A stretch of 64,000 nucleotides of DNA from Candidatus Peribacteria bacterium (GTDB lineage: Bacteria; Patescibacteriota; Gracilibacteria; Peribacterales; Peribacteraceae). This document shows positions 10,204-19,308 of the stretch, piece by piece. Under the pieces are notes generated by a model. It saw only the letters and a program-made list of their open reading frames with translations, had not been told where the DNA came from and made no database searches. Location: contig JAHFJP010000001.1 in the NCBI GenBank assembly GCA_023245765.1, positions 8,190 to 72,189 on the forward strand. The letters run 5' to 3'. Each line of letters begins with the position of its first letter. Positions within the stretch are counted from its first letter, which is position 1. Made by a program: the position numbers and the translations under genes.

Positions 10204-10587
10204 TCAGCACCCGCTACCACCCACACAGTTGCCGACGGTGTCGGTGAAGAATCCGACGATCACGCGGGCGAAGAGGATGACGAGGAGACCGATGATCACG
10301 AAGAGAATCGTCTTCTTCGCTTTGTCCTTCTGTTCGTCACCACCCTGCGAGACGATCAGACGGATACCGGCGATGACGATAAAGACCACCGCGGCCAGCG
10401 CGAGAAAGTCGAGGACGAACGTGAGAGCATTGAGGATGATCTGGCGGACACCCTGCTTGTCGACAGCCGAGGGCGTGCCCGGAATCGCGGGAATTTGCCC
10501 GCCGAACTGGGCAAAAGCGGATGCGGGGGCAATGATGCCCGTCGCAAGGAGCCACGTGCGGCAGGAGACTTTCTGGAAAAGGGACAT
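10204..10587 (-). CDS. CPR-type pilin (TrbC/VirB2-like)
   Basis: Signal ending in AFAQ, then two TM helices around IAGIRLIVSQG..EQKDKAKKTILFVIIGL. This is only the last 127 aa of the 764-aa track ORF. Confidence 0.8.
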   Translation of the reverse strand: MSLFQKVSCRTWLLATGIIAPASAFAQFGGQIPAIPGTPSAVDKQGVRQIILNALTFVLDFLALAAVVFIVIAGIRLIVSQGGDEQKDKAKKTILFVIIGLLVILFARVIVGFFTDTVGNCVGGSGC

Positions 10588-10700
10588 AGGGAAAAGTGGG
10601 GAATTACCGCAATATGTACTCCAGAGCTCCGCTCTCCGCAAGCGTAGGCACACATACAGAAGTGAATGAACTTGACTGGTTGTCAGTTTACTCTTTTTAT

Positions 10701-11261
10701 TTACTGATTGTGCAGTACACCTGTCGTGATGAGCACGGCGGCAGGCAGCGTAAACCACAGATCGAGATTCTGGATCATCAGACTCATGAGCATGCTTTGC
10801 TTCAGGATCGCGTCGAGCCCGGGTGTGGCGGTGACGTGCATATCGAGCAGCGACGTGCCGGCGATAAAGCTCAGCAGGGTCGCGAGCAGCAGGCCCGCCG
10901 TTGCAAACCCGCACAGCCCGGTCATGAGGACGTTCATCACCGTGCCGCCGTCTTTGGCGTACTGTACATGCAGGCCGCCGCGAACGGTCAGAAAGACGAC
11001 GACCGTGATGAAGAGCGTTAATTTGATGATCGACATCACCGACGAGTCGAGCGGGATGCCGACCGAGCTGAGCATCGATTGTGTTTCGGCAAATCCGATG
11101 ATGCGCTGCCCAAAATTGCCGATTCCCTGAATGGCGACGATCGCGATGTAGCTGCTGAGGATGATCTTCACCGATTCCTTCTTTCCGATGATGAAACTGT
11201 AGGTGACGACGAGAGCGAAGAAGACGATGATGAAGAGGTCCCAGGACAGCGTGAGGTTCAT
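10701..11261 (-). CDS. Membrane protein (CvpA-like)
   Basis: 4-5 TM helices starting WDLFIIVFFALVVTYSFIIG. Confidence 0.65.
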   Translation of the reverse strand: MNLTLSWDLFIIVFFALVVTYSFIIGKKESVKIILSSYIAIVAIQGIGNFGQRIIGFAETQSMLSSVGIPLDSSVMSIIKLTLFITVVVFLTVRGGLHVQYAKDGGTVMNVLMTGLCGFATAGLLLATLLSFIAGTSLLDMHVTATPGLDAILKQSMLMSLMIQNLDLWFTLPAAVLITTGVLHNQ

Positions 11262-11275
11262 GGAGACGAGTATAC

Positions 11276-11353
11276 GGCAACCTAGGCAACCGACGAAACC
11301 GACGTAACCGAGGATCCTCGGTTTCTTTGGTTGCTTCGGTTTCCTCGGTTACT
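11276..11353. repeat. 9-bp period inverted array (4+4 units, ACCGA core)
   Basis: ggcaaccta ggcaaccga cgaaaccga cgtaaccga GGATCC tcggtttct ttggttgct tcggtttcc tcggttact. Confidence 0.85.
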
Positions 11354-11361
11354 CTGCACCC

Positions 11362-12216
11362 ATGCGGCATGGATTCCTGTTGATCGATAAACCTCTCGGC
11401 CCCACCTCGCACGACGCCGTCGCGATCGTGCGGCGGTCGTTGCCCGAGCGCTCCGTGGGTCACCTCGGTACGCTCGATCCGGCCGCCACGGGACTCCTGG
11501 TCCTCGCGGTTGGGAAGAAGGCGCTCAAAGTTGTCCAACTCTTTACCGACCTCACCAAGGAGTACGAAGCCGACGTGAAGTTTGGGCAGATCAGCACCAC
11601 CTACGATCGCGAGGGCATGCTCCAGCAGTACGATATCGGTATGGGGTGGACGCCGCCAGAGCAGGGCATGCTCCAGCGCATCATCAAGGATCGCTTCACC
11701 GGCAAAATCTCCCAGGTGCCTCCCTCCTACTCTGCCGTCAGCATTGGTGGAGAACGTGCCTACCGCAAAGCGCGCCAGGGCCGCCCGGTCGATCTGCCCG
11801 CGCGTGAGGTCGAAATCGAGAAGTGCGAGATCCTCTCGTACGACTATCCGAACCTGCGCCTGCGCGTCGCCTGCGGCTCGGGGACCTACATCCGTTCCCT
11901 CGCGCATGATCTGGGGCAGGTGCTCAAGTGCGGCGCGTACCTCAGTGGTCTCAAGCGAACGAAGGTGGGGGAGTGGTCCGTGGCGAACGCGAAGGCGCCG
12001 GATGCGATCAAATGGACGGATGTGATTCCTCTCAAAGAAGTCCTCAAAAATTTTCCTCGTCGCGAACTCACCGAAAGCGACATGGAAGAACTGCGCTATG
12101 GGAGGAATATCGAAGCGGAAGTCGAGCCCGATACCATCGCCTGGTACGACGACCTGCCCGTGGCGATCCTCATTCCCGCGCCCGACGGGACAGCGCATGC
12201 GAGGAAGGTGTTCTAA
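11362..12216 (+). CDS. truB: tRNA pseudouridine(55) synthase TruB
   Basis: DKPLGPTSHD, GHLGTLDPAATG and CGSGTYIRSLAHD. Confidence 0.97.
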   Translation: MRHGFLLIDKPLGPTSHDAVAIVRRSLPERSVGHLGTLDPAATGLLVLAVGKKALKVVQLFTDLTKEYEADVKFGQISTTYDREGMLQQYDIGMGWTPPEQGMLQRIIKDRFTGKISQVPPSYSAVSIGGERAYRKARQGRPVDLPAREVEIEKCEILSYDYPNLRLRVACGSGTYIRSLAHDLGQVLKCGAYLSGLKRTKVGEWSVANAKAPDAIKWTDVIPLKEVLKNFPRRELTESDMEELRYGRNIEAEVEPDTIAWYDDLPVAILIPAPDGTAHARKVF

Positions 12217-12255
12217 GGAATTGCATAAAATACAAAAATTGTTATAGTTACATTT

Positions 12256-13581
12256 GTGAATCTTGCCGCTCTCCAAGAAGCGTTCGCCACCCACGCACTT
12301 CTGCTTCACGAAGAAGCAAGCAAAGTGGGAATTCCCGTATCCATTGAAGATGCAAAAGTCCTCCTGCTCTTTGCACAGGCCAAAGAAATTTCTCAGAAGA
12401 TTGCTCTGCTTCTGAAGATCAACACTCCGGCTCTCGAGGCAATTACGGAGATCGTGACCCATGTGCACAAAAAATTTCTTGAGGGGACTCGATTGCACGA
12501 AAGAAAGGAAATAGTCTTCCTTTCCGAGGGGTTAGAAACGGTTGGACTGAGAAAAGCTGTTCATGATTTCATTGAACGTCGCTTCAACGATTCTGAGGAA
12601 GCACTTGATGAATCAGCATTGAATGGAATACCGGGCTTGGAAAAGCACGGCAGAATTCGCGGGGAGGCGGCTGCAATCATGAAGCGTGCACAGAATCTCC
12701 GTGCACTCATTCGTGGATTCGAGAATGCGACAATGTTGTTCACTGCTCTCGCGGGCGAAGCGCCAAGTGGTCCGATAGAATGGGACGTTCGGTCGTATGG
12801 TATATGTCTGGTTGTATCTCGCAATGACGGTCTGAAATTGTGCAAGAGGAGCGGGGCATGGCTGACCGCAGGGCATGCAGGAGATTGCAGCACGAATATT
12901 CCTGCACTCGATAAGTACCTCTCTCTCGTATACAACGAGGAAGTAATTGGGAAAGAACGCAGTGTCGACGAAAAGCATGGAACTGTGAATCATGAACAGA
13001 TGCACATGTATTTTCACGCAATTGATCTTGATGATGATCTGGAAAATACCAGAGAAGAAACCAGTACCCTCGCGACACTGTTCAATCCGCTTGATGGAGA
13101 TGTTCGATTGCTGTGTCAACGCTCTGCGCTTCTTCATGCCAACTTCCATTTGCGTCAGGAAATGATTTGTCAGCTGCTGTATCCCGGAACCGAAGGTCTT
13201 GAGAATATCTACCAGAAGTATGACCCTCGCTTTCCGTATGTCGCCCTCTGGGATCCTTGGTTTGGAGATAAGGAGATCGATGGACTTGTCGAAGGGGTAC
13301 ATACGGCACTAGGTGTGCCTGCATTTACGTCCTTGATTCCGCGCTCACAGAAAGAGCTCATCCCGGAATGGTGGTCTTCTCTCAAAAAACGCCTTAAGGA
13401 TACGATGGAAGAAGAAGTTACTCCCTACAAACATGCAACTGAAGAGATCACTGCTCTGCTCAAGGAAGGGCGCTCTCTCGGCATCCCTGTCTGGGACTTC
13501 GTGGATATCTTTGTGGGAAACGAATTTCTCCGTATCCCCGAGATGCTTCGAATATTCATCGCATCGAAAAAGGCGGTGTAA
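12256..13581 (+). CDS. Hypothetical protein with HExxH motif
   Basis: 441-aa ORF, lower GC than its neighbours, containing NHEQMH. Upstream promoter TTGCAT-16-TATAGT. Confidence 0.6.
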   Translation: MNLAALQEAFATHALLLHEEASKVGIPVSIEDAKVLLLFAQAKEISQKIALLLKINTPALEAITEIVTHVHKKFLEGTRLHERKEIVFLSEGLETVGLRKAVHDFIERRFNDSEEALDESALNGIPGLEKHGRIRGEAAAIMKRAQNLRALIRGFENATMLFTALAGEAPSGPIEWDVRSYGICLVVSRNDGLKLCKRSGAWLTAGHAGDCSTNIPALDKYLSLVYNEEVIGKERSVDEKHGTVNHEQMHMYFHAIDLDDDLENTREETSTLATLFNPLDGDVRLLCQRSALLHANFHLRQEMICQLLYPGTEGLENIYQKYDPRFPYVALWDPWFGDKEIDGLVEGVHTALGVPAFTSLIPRSQKELIPEWWSSLKKRLKDTMEEEVTPYKHATEEITALLKEGRSLGIPVWDFVDIFVGNEFLRIPEMLRIFIASKKAV

Positions 13582-13582
13582 G

Positions 13583-14257
13583 ATGTCTCGCGTGGAATAT
13601 CGTCGCCTTGTCATCGTCCTTTCCACCGTCGCCATCAGCATCGTCGGCGTGACCCTGCTGGGACTCGTGCCGCAGTATTCCGACTGGAAGACGGGACTGC
13701 TACTCAATCTGATCGAGAATACCGTGCTGCTGATCTATGTCCTGCGCACCCGGGATACGTTCATTCTGCATCTGATGCTCTTCGGCCTCTTCGTCGGGCT
13801 TGCGGAGCTCATCGCCGATGCGTGGCTCGTCGATGCCACGCGCACGCTGGATTACGCATGGGGCGGCGGCCCGATGCTCTGGCGCTCGCCGATCTGGATG
13901 CCGCTTGCGTGGGAGATGGTCTCCGTCCAGTTCGGTTACCTCGGCATGCGGCTGATCGAGTGGCGTCGCGCGCTCGGCGTGTTCCTCATCGGTCTCCTCG
14001 GCGCGATCAACATTCCGTACTACGAAGAGATGGCATTGCGCATCCACTGGTGGCGCTACGTCGATACTCGAATGCTCCTCCACACGCCGTACTACATCAT
14101 CGTCGGCGAGTTCCTCATTGCGATCTGTTTGGCCCTCACGGCACTGCCGCTGCGACGTCAGAGCATCTCAAAAACGATGCTCATGGGGATCTTGGGAGGG
14201 GTGCTGATCTTCCCGTGTTACGTGGTGGGGTTTTGGGCGACGGAGAAACTGTTTTAA
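13583..14257 (+). CDS. Integral membrane protein
   Basis: About 7 TM helices with SPIWMPLAW and WWRY..TPYYI. Start moved to ATG 13583. Confidence 0.7.
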   Translation: MSRVEYRRLVIVLSTVAISIVGVTLLGLVPQYSDWKTGLLLNLIENTVLLIYVLRTRDTFILHLMLFGLFVGLAELIADAWLVDATRTLDYAWGGGPMLWRSPIWMPLAWEMVSVQFGYLGMRLIEWRRALGVFLIGLLGAINIPYYEEMALRIHWWRYVDTRMLLHTPYYIIVGEFLIAICLALTALPLRRQSISKTMLMGILGGVLIFPCYVVGFWATEKLF

Positions 14258-14300
14258 TTTTGCATTGCACGGAACGGCGCATGCGTGGAAGGTGTTTTCG

Positions 14301-14726
14301 CTAGTCCTGGGAAGTCGATACTTCCGCAAGTTCATTTGCGTCGATGCCAAGGTCTTCGGGAGTGAGCCCTGTTGCTGATAACCATGTATACATGTCTGCC
14401 AGAGGTTCCCGTACGTACATCCTGGTTCCTGACAACGCCCTCTTGTTCATGTGGAAATTACTTTTCGCCCGAGTCCAGTTTCGCATGGCCATCCCGATAC
14501 GATTGGCCTGGAGGATGGCTGCGACGGTTCTGCCATCCGATTGTTCCTCTTCCTGGTGTTTCTCCATAAAATGTCGAACATCACCGCTGCCGCCATCCAA
14601 AACATATTTCAGAGCGTTTTTATACCAATACTGAGTATCACCCGTGCTCACTCCTTCGATGACGGTCGATGTCTCAATACCCACTGCCTGGAGAACTTCT
14701 GCTGCTTTTGGATGGAGAGTGCCCAT
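14301..14726 (-). CDS. Hypothetical protein
   Basis: 141-aa ORF with plausible globular composition. Confidence 0.55.
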   Translation of the reverse strand: MGTLHPKAAEVLQAVGIETSTVIEGVSTGDTQYWYKNALKYVLDGGSGDVRHFMEKHQEEEQSDGRTVAAILQANRIGMAMRNWTRAKSNFHMNKRALSGTRMYVREPLADMYTWLSATGLTPEDLGIDANELAEVSTSQD

Positions 14727-14861
14727 AGTCGATACGGTTATAATAGCTTTTTGTTGTATTCTGTCAAGATGGTGGTTGGAAGTGGAGCACGAACGGAGAT
14801 GCTTAGATCAGGGAGGGGTTTTCGTTGGACTTTGCCGGAGTGCAGACATACAGTTTTCTCC

Positions 14862-15113
14862 ATGATCAATCGCATCTTCGCCTCCATAGCGGTTCTCGTC
14901 ATCATCTTTCCTCATTGTGCGTACGCAGCGAGCACCGGCCACGTGCCACCCGATGTGCGTGATCGATTGATCGATGCGATCGATGATGCGTTTGGGAAGG
15001 CGGACGATGTCACGGACCAATTGCCGATCGATGACGGACAGAAGGGGACCATTTCCAACGTCCTCAAAACCCGGCACGACACTGTAAAGAACAGTATCGG
15101 GAATATACGGTGA
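14862..15113 (+). CDS. Small secreted hypothetical protein
   Basis: Signal peptide MINRIFASIAVLVIIFPHCAYA. Confidence 0.55.
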   Translation: MINRIFASIAVLVIIFPHCAYAASTGHVPPDVRDRLIDAIDDAFGKADDVTDQLPIDDGQKGTISNVLKTRHDTVKNSIGNIR

Positions 15114-15119
15114 GAAAAC

Positions 15120-15797
15120 CTACTGATTTTTACAACACACAGCGTAGGCGGTTGGAGGCTCTGCTAGTTGAACATCCGCACCCGGAACCCCGCTTGCATC
15201 ATGCGATGAAAAGCAACTCCACCCATGAGGAGTGCCATCTTGGGCGCTGATGGGATTCTGCGAAAAACTCTGTGGCCGATGAATCGAATACAGGATCGAT
15301 CCCGTAGAGAATTGTTTTTCGACCTGATAATCAGGTCTGTAATAGCATCCTCCTCCTGTTGCGAATTCTCCGGATTCGCACGTCACAATCGTTGTACATG
15401 AAGACTGCCTGTCGAATATAGAATGAGTATTGTAACAGTTAGCGAATACAGCGTTGCTTTGCTTAAATTGACGGACAACGCATGATGTCACTCCTGGAGC
15501 ACCTGTGTCGCCTTTTAACCCCTGCAGTCCCGTTGCCCCCGTTCCACCCTTCGGTCCTACCGGCCCCTGCTGACCTTGAGGTCCCTGTGGTCCTTGCGGT
15601 CCTGGTATGAGTTGAATGCTATCGATGCGTTCCCGAAGATCGCAGACGAATGCGGTGATTCCTATCTGCTTTTTCTTCGTGCAGTTCTGGTCAAAAAACT
15701 TTTGCGCATCAGATGCATAGTGATTCGCGAGCGCGACTCCTGAAACGAGAAACAGACAGATTCCCACGCCCCATGAAACGTACGTACGCGTTGTCAT
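15120..15797 (-). CDS. Secreted collagen-like protein with Cys-rich C-terminal domain
   Basis: The protein listed in the track only reads on the minus strand (CTA at 15120, CAT at 15840-15842 and 15795-15797). It has 13 Gly-X-Y triplets and a C...ATGGGC...GWSC...AVCC tail. The likely start is 15797, preceded by TTGACA-17-CAGTCT-7. Confidence 0.85.
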   Translation of the reverse strand: MTTRTYVSWGVGICLFLVSGVALANHYASDAQKFFDQNCTKKKQIGITAFVCDLRERIDSIQLIPGPQGPQGPQGQQGPVGPKGGTGATGLQGLKGDTGAPGVTSCVVRQFKQSNAVFANCYNTHSIFDRQSSCTTIVTCESGEFATGGGCYYRPDYQVEKQFSTGSILYSIHRPQSFSQNPISAQDGTPHGWSCFSSHDASGVPGADVQLAEPPTAYAVCCKNQ

Positions 15798-15882
15798 GAC
15801 AACTAGACTGGACGTGGACAATATGGATGTCAATTGTCTCATTGAGAGACCTGCACAAAGTTGCTACCGTATGCGGGTTCTC

Positions 15883-15959
15883 GGGTCAGTAGCTCAGTCT
15901 GGTAGAGCAGTTGCCTCTTAAGCAATTGGCCGTGGGTTCAAATCCCACCTGACCCACCA
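15883..15959 (+). tRNA. tRNA-Lys(CTT)
   Basis: GGGTCAGTAGCTCAG...GTTGC-CTCTTAA-GCAAT...GGTTCAAATCC...CTGACCCACCA. Promoter-like TTGAGA-17-TACCGT upstream. Confidence 0.96.
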
Positions 15960-16015
15960 TCCGGCTTCGCCCTGCGGGGCTACGCCGAGATAGGTGAAGA
16001 TTCCAGGCTAGCCAT

Positions 16016-16525
16016 ATGAAACGTCTGTCATTACTTTTCATCGCACTGACGATCTGCGCCTGCGTTCCATCGAAGGAAGTACATCAGATGGAATATGGCT
16101 CAGGAATCGCTGTTGTTGATTCGTCGAATGTGTGGACGTACAAGATTGATGGAGTATCGACGGGCGTCCATCCGTATCCATTCGATAATGGTCCTGACTA
16201 TTTTGAAGAAGGACTTGCTCGTTTTGTGAAGAACAACAAATTCGGATTCTTTGATACGAAGGCAAGAATTGTCGTTCCGGCAACGTACGACTTTGCTACA
16301 CCATTCAAAGAAGGCCGTGCAGTAGTATGCAATGGATGCAAGCCATACACAGAAGGAGAATATATTTTGTACAAGGGTGGCAAGTGGGGCTTTATTGATA
16401 CCGCAGGCAAGGTCATCATTCCTCTACAATACGACAGCGCAGAAATGTTTCAGGGTGGTCGAGCGGTGGTCGTCCTTGATGGGAAAACGATGACGATTGA
16501 TACGCGAGGAGTTGTCCAGAAATAA
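16016..16525 (+). CDS. WG-repeat lipoprotein
   Basis: Lipobox-like ICAC, with repeats FEEGLA..KFGFFD, FKEGRA..KWGFID and FQGGRA. Confidence 0.85.
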   Translation: MKRLSLLFIALTICACVPSKEVHQMEYGSGIAVVDSSNVWTYKIDGVSTGVHPYPFDNGPDYFEEGLARFVKNNKFGFFDTKARIVVPATYDFATPFKEGRAVVCNGCKPYTEGEYILYKGGKWGFIDTAGKVIIPLQYDSAEMFQGGRAVVVLDGKTMTIDTRGVVQK

Positions 16526-16757
16526 GACCAGAGCCGATTTGGCGTGTATATACGCAATTGTCGAAATTTTGACAGAAAAAGCAGCAGACGTTCGGCAGAA
16601 AATAGAAGGACTCGGTTTGAAGATTACTGAGGAGCAGGACAGTGATTATTAGTTCAAAGAGTTACGCCGCATGTACGTCCTGATGACAGGAGTGCCAAGT
16701 CGCACTCATTTCGCTGAACGCGGAGAAGCGCGAGCGTGGGCCCGTGCACCCGACCCA

Positions 16758-17024
16758 CTATTCGTCCGATTGGTCATTCACCACTTTGTTCACAATCTCC
16801 AAGCCGTAGTGTTTTTTTAGGACATCTTCGACAAGAGTGGAGAAGCTTTCACTCATGACTCTCACTTCCCAGGTGCCATCGTCACGTTGAATCGGTGTTC
16901 CTTCGGGTGCGCAGAACATTGCGCCAAGCCGATTGACGTGCTGATCCACTCGTTTCATTGCCTCGGGAGTCGTGTAGCCGTTTCCTTCGGGCGCCTTCAC
17001 ATAGAGTTGAACCCATTTATCCAT
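16758..17024 (-). CDS. Hypothetical protein
   Basis: 88-aa ORF in tandem with the upstream minus-strand genes. Confidence 0.55.
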   Translation of the reverse strand: MDKWVQLYVKAPEGNGYTTPEAMKRVDQHVNRLGAMFCAPEGTPIQRDDGTWEVRVMSESFSTLVEDVLKKHYGLEIVNKVVNDQSDE

Positions 17025-17049
17025 AAGAAATTTGTGGAAATTGTATACG

Positions 17050-17589
17050 TTATCTGCTTTTTTTAAAATGCCCTATTCTCACTGCTTCCCGAACTGAAAA
17101 TAAGGCAAAGAACACATTGAGCCAGAAGAAGATCCAGGTCGCGCTCAGGTAGCTGAAGGCGGCGATCAGGATGCTCCCGGCAATCAGGGCAATCTCACGC
17201 TTGACCGTGCCGCCTTTGAGTTCGTAGCCCAGCGCAATCCCGACGAGGCCGAGGATGAAGATCAGCGTCTCGGATCCTTGGGAGAGAGAGAAGGACCAGA
17301 TGATCAAGCCGAGTGCGGCAACAATCGTCACCGTCGAGTCGATCCGGTCGTCGATGTCGAGCATCATGAAGACACTGCTGAGGATCACCAGCGCCTGCAG
17401 GAAGATGAAGAAGATCGGCCCGCCGGCGAGGTAGTTGAGGGTCGAATACGCGGCCATGAAGGCCGCTCCTATTGCAAAACACCAGTTCTTCGTTGACTGG
17501 TAGGGATGCTTTGCGCGGTGGTCCGGGAGGGCGGATCCGGTGACGAGGATCAATGAGCCGACGAGACCGAGGAGGAACGTTGGTGTCAT
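17050..17589 (-). CDS. Membrane protein (internal duplication)
   Basis: About 6-7 TM helices in two similar halves. Confidence 0.7.
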   Translation of the reverse strand: MTPTFLLGLVGSLILVTGSALPDHRAKHPYQSTKNWCFAIGAAFMAAYSTLNYLAGGPIFFIFLQALVILSSVFMMLDIDDRIDSTVTIVAALGLIIWSFSLSQGSETLIFILGLVGIALGYELKGGTVKREIALIAGSILIAAFSYLSATWIFFWLNVFFALFSVREAVRIGHFKKSR

Positions 17590-18176
17590 GAGAGGGCTTC
17601 CATGCCGTTGCGCTGTATCGTCTTCCAGTCAAACGGCAGTTTGTAGGTTTCCATGGACCGGACGAGTGCGGCAAAGCACTGCCAGGCGTTTGGGCTCTCA
17701 TAGAGGAATGCGTTGCCCGACTCCTGCACCGGGTCGTAGTTTTCGAGCAGCGGACAGGGGAGCGAGACGGGGACGATGCCTGCGCTCAGACAGAGCGCCA
17801 GTTCCTTCATGGTGCGCGGGTCGCTCAAAAAAAGCGCCACATCGCAGGCGGTGTACATCGAGCGCAGGCCGTCATCGGTATCGGGCATAATGTGGACGCG
17901 GTGACGGTGTTCTTTGCTGAGCTTGGTAAAGAGCGATCCGTACGACGCCGAGCCTTTGCCGACGACGAGCAGTTCCAGAGGGAGTGTGAGCAGACCGGGG
18001 AGGAGTTCCTCGAACACCGTGCCGCCGAGCTTTTCGCTCATCCCCGCGGGGAGGCAGACCATCGGCCGCTTGGGTTCTGCCGGCCAGCCAAAACTCTCCT
18101 GCAATTGTGCTTTGCTTTGCTGCTTCAGATCGAGCATTCCCGATGGTCGTTTTTGGCTCTGCATAGGCAGTTGCAT
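17586..18176 (-). CDS. Stand-alone glycogen-synthase (GT5) C-terminal-like domain
   Basis: LLVVGKG, MYTACDVALF, GNAFLY and W..IQRNGM match the GlgA C-terminus. No N-terminal domain. Confidence 0.65.
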   Translation of the reverse strand: MQLPMQSQKRPSGMLDLKQQSKAQLQESFGWPAEPKRPMVCLPAGMSEKLGGTVFEELLPGLLTLPLELLVVGKGSASYGSLFTKLSKEHRHRVHIMPDTDDGLRSMYTACDVALFLSDPRTMKELALCLSAGIVPVSLPCPLLENYDPVQESGNAFLYESPNAWQCFAALVRSMETYKLPFDWKTIQRNGMEALS

Positions 18177-18276
18177 GATGTTTGTGGTATCTCGTCAGTA
18201 TAGCGGAAAAGCGTGTTTTTTGGGAGGGGGATGATGTTGATTATTCTTTACATTGGGATCTGATAGTCTGCTCACC

Positions 18277-19236
18277 ATGGATCACTTGGTATTGGTCGAT
18301 GGGCATCACCTTATGTACCGCGCATTCTATGCGATTCCTGCGACCCTGAAGACCTCAAAAGGGGAGCAGACGAACGCCGTGTATGGGGTGGCGTCGATGC
18401 TGCTGGCGCTCCTCAAGGCCGAAGAACCGAGCCATCTTCTCTTCTGTTTCGATGCGGGGGAGGAGACCTTCCGGCATCAGGAGAACGCGACATATAAGGA
18501 GGGGAGAGCCGAGACGCCGGATGAGTTCTACCTCCAGATTCCGCGGATTCTGGAACTGATCGAAAGCTTCCCGGTCCAGCATCTCTCGGATCCCAAGTAT
18601 GAGGCCGATGACCTGCTCTGTGCCTATGCGAAGGCCGGCGAAGCTGTAGGGATGCGTGTCACGATCGTCACAGGAGACCGGGATGCGTTTCAGCTGGCGA
18701 CGGATAAGATCCGTATTGCCATTCCCCACAAGGGCTACCAGGCCCCCGAATATCTTGGTCCACAGCAGATTTTGGCCAAGTACGGCGTTCGGCCCGACCA
18801 GATTGCTGCGTATAAAGGGATCAGCGGCGATGCGTCGGATAACCTCCCCGGGGTCAAAGGAATCGGCCCCAAAGGTGCCGCGACCCTCCTCCAAAAGTAC
18901 GACACACTCCAGGGAGTCTATGAGCATCTGGAGGAGATCAAAGGGTCCATGAAGGAGAAGTTGGCGCGTGACCGCGATCAGGCATTCTTCTGCGAGCGCA
19001 TGGCCACACTCGTGTGCGACTTTCCGCTCGCGATCCCTCTTGAGACATTGGTGCTGCGTACGATTGCGACTGGTCGTGCCCAGACGTTCCTCCGGGATCT
19101 CGAATTCAATTCCCTCGGCAAGCGTCTGCAGGCGCTCTGCGAGACACCCTACGGCCGGGAGCATTTCGTGTGGGAAGGGGAGATGACGTCACAGAAAAAA
19201 ATTGTAAAAGCGGAGGATCAGATGGCACTCTTTTAA
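18277..19236 (+). CDS. 5'-3' exonuclease (PolA N-terminal/FEN-like, stand-alone)
   Basis: LVDGHHLMYRAFYA, YKEGR, YEADD, TGDRD and GDASDNLPGVKGIGPK. No polymerase domain. Confidence 0.92.
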   Translation: MDHLVLVDGHHLMYRAFYAIPATLKTSKGEQTNAVYGVASMLLALLKAEEPSHLLFCFDAGEETFRHQENATYKEGRAETPDEFYLQIPRILELIESFPVQHLSDPKYEADDLLCAYAKAGEAVGMRVTIVTGDRDAFQLATDKIRIAIPHKGYQAPEYLGPQQILAKYGVRPDQIAAYKGISGDASDNLPGVKGIGPKGAATLLQKYDTLQGVYEHLEEIKGSMKEKLARDRDQAFFCERMATLVCDFPLAIPLETLVLRTIATGRAQTFLRDLEFNSLGKRLQALCETPYGREHFVWEGEMTSQKKIVKAEDQMALF

Positions 19237-19238
19237 AA

Positions 19239-19308
19239 CCCTCACCCGCCCCGCACCCTTGCGAAGCAAGGTGCGGGGCACCCTCTCCCACTGCGGTGGG
19301 AGAGGGAG
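19239..19308. repeat. REP-like CCCTCACCC...CCCTCTCCC/GGGAGAGGG element with nested hairpin
   Basis: CCCTCACCC-[GCCCCGCACC CTTGCGAAGCAA GGTGCGGGGC]-ACCCTCTCCCA...TGGGAGAGGG. Confidence 0.75.

Noticed and set aside
10204-12498. 764-aa minus-strand ORF in the track
   Set aside because: Shadow ORF antisense to truB and overlapping the CvpA-like gene in another frame. Only the last 127 aa (pilin) look real.
15120-15842. Plus-strand assignment of the collagen-like ORF
   Set aside because: The + frame stops after 15 codons; the protein is encoded on the minus strand.
16679-16730. CTGATGA suggesting a hammerhead ribozyme
   Set aside because: No GAAA core after a stem II; only short local hairpins.
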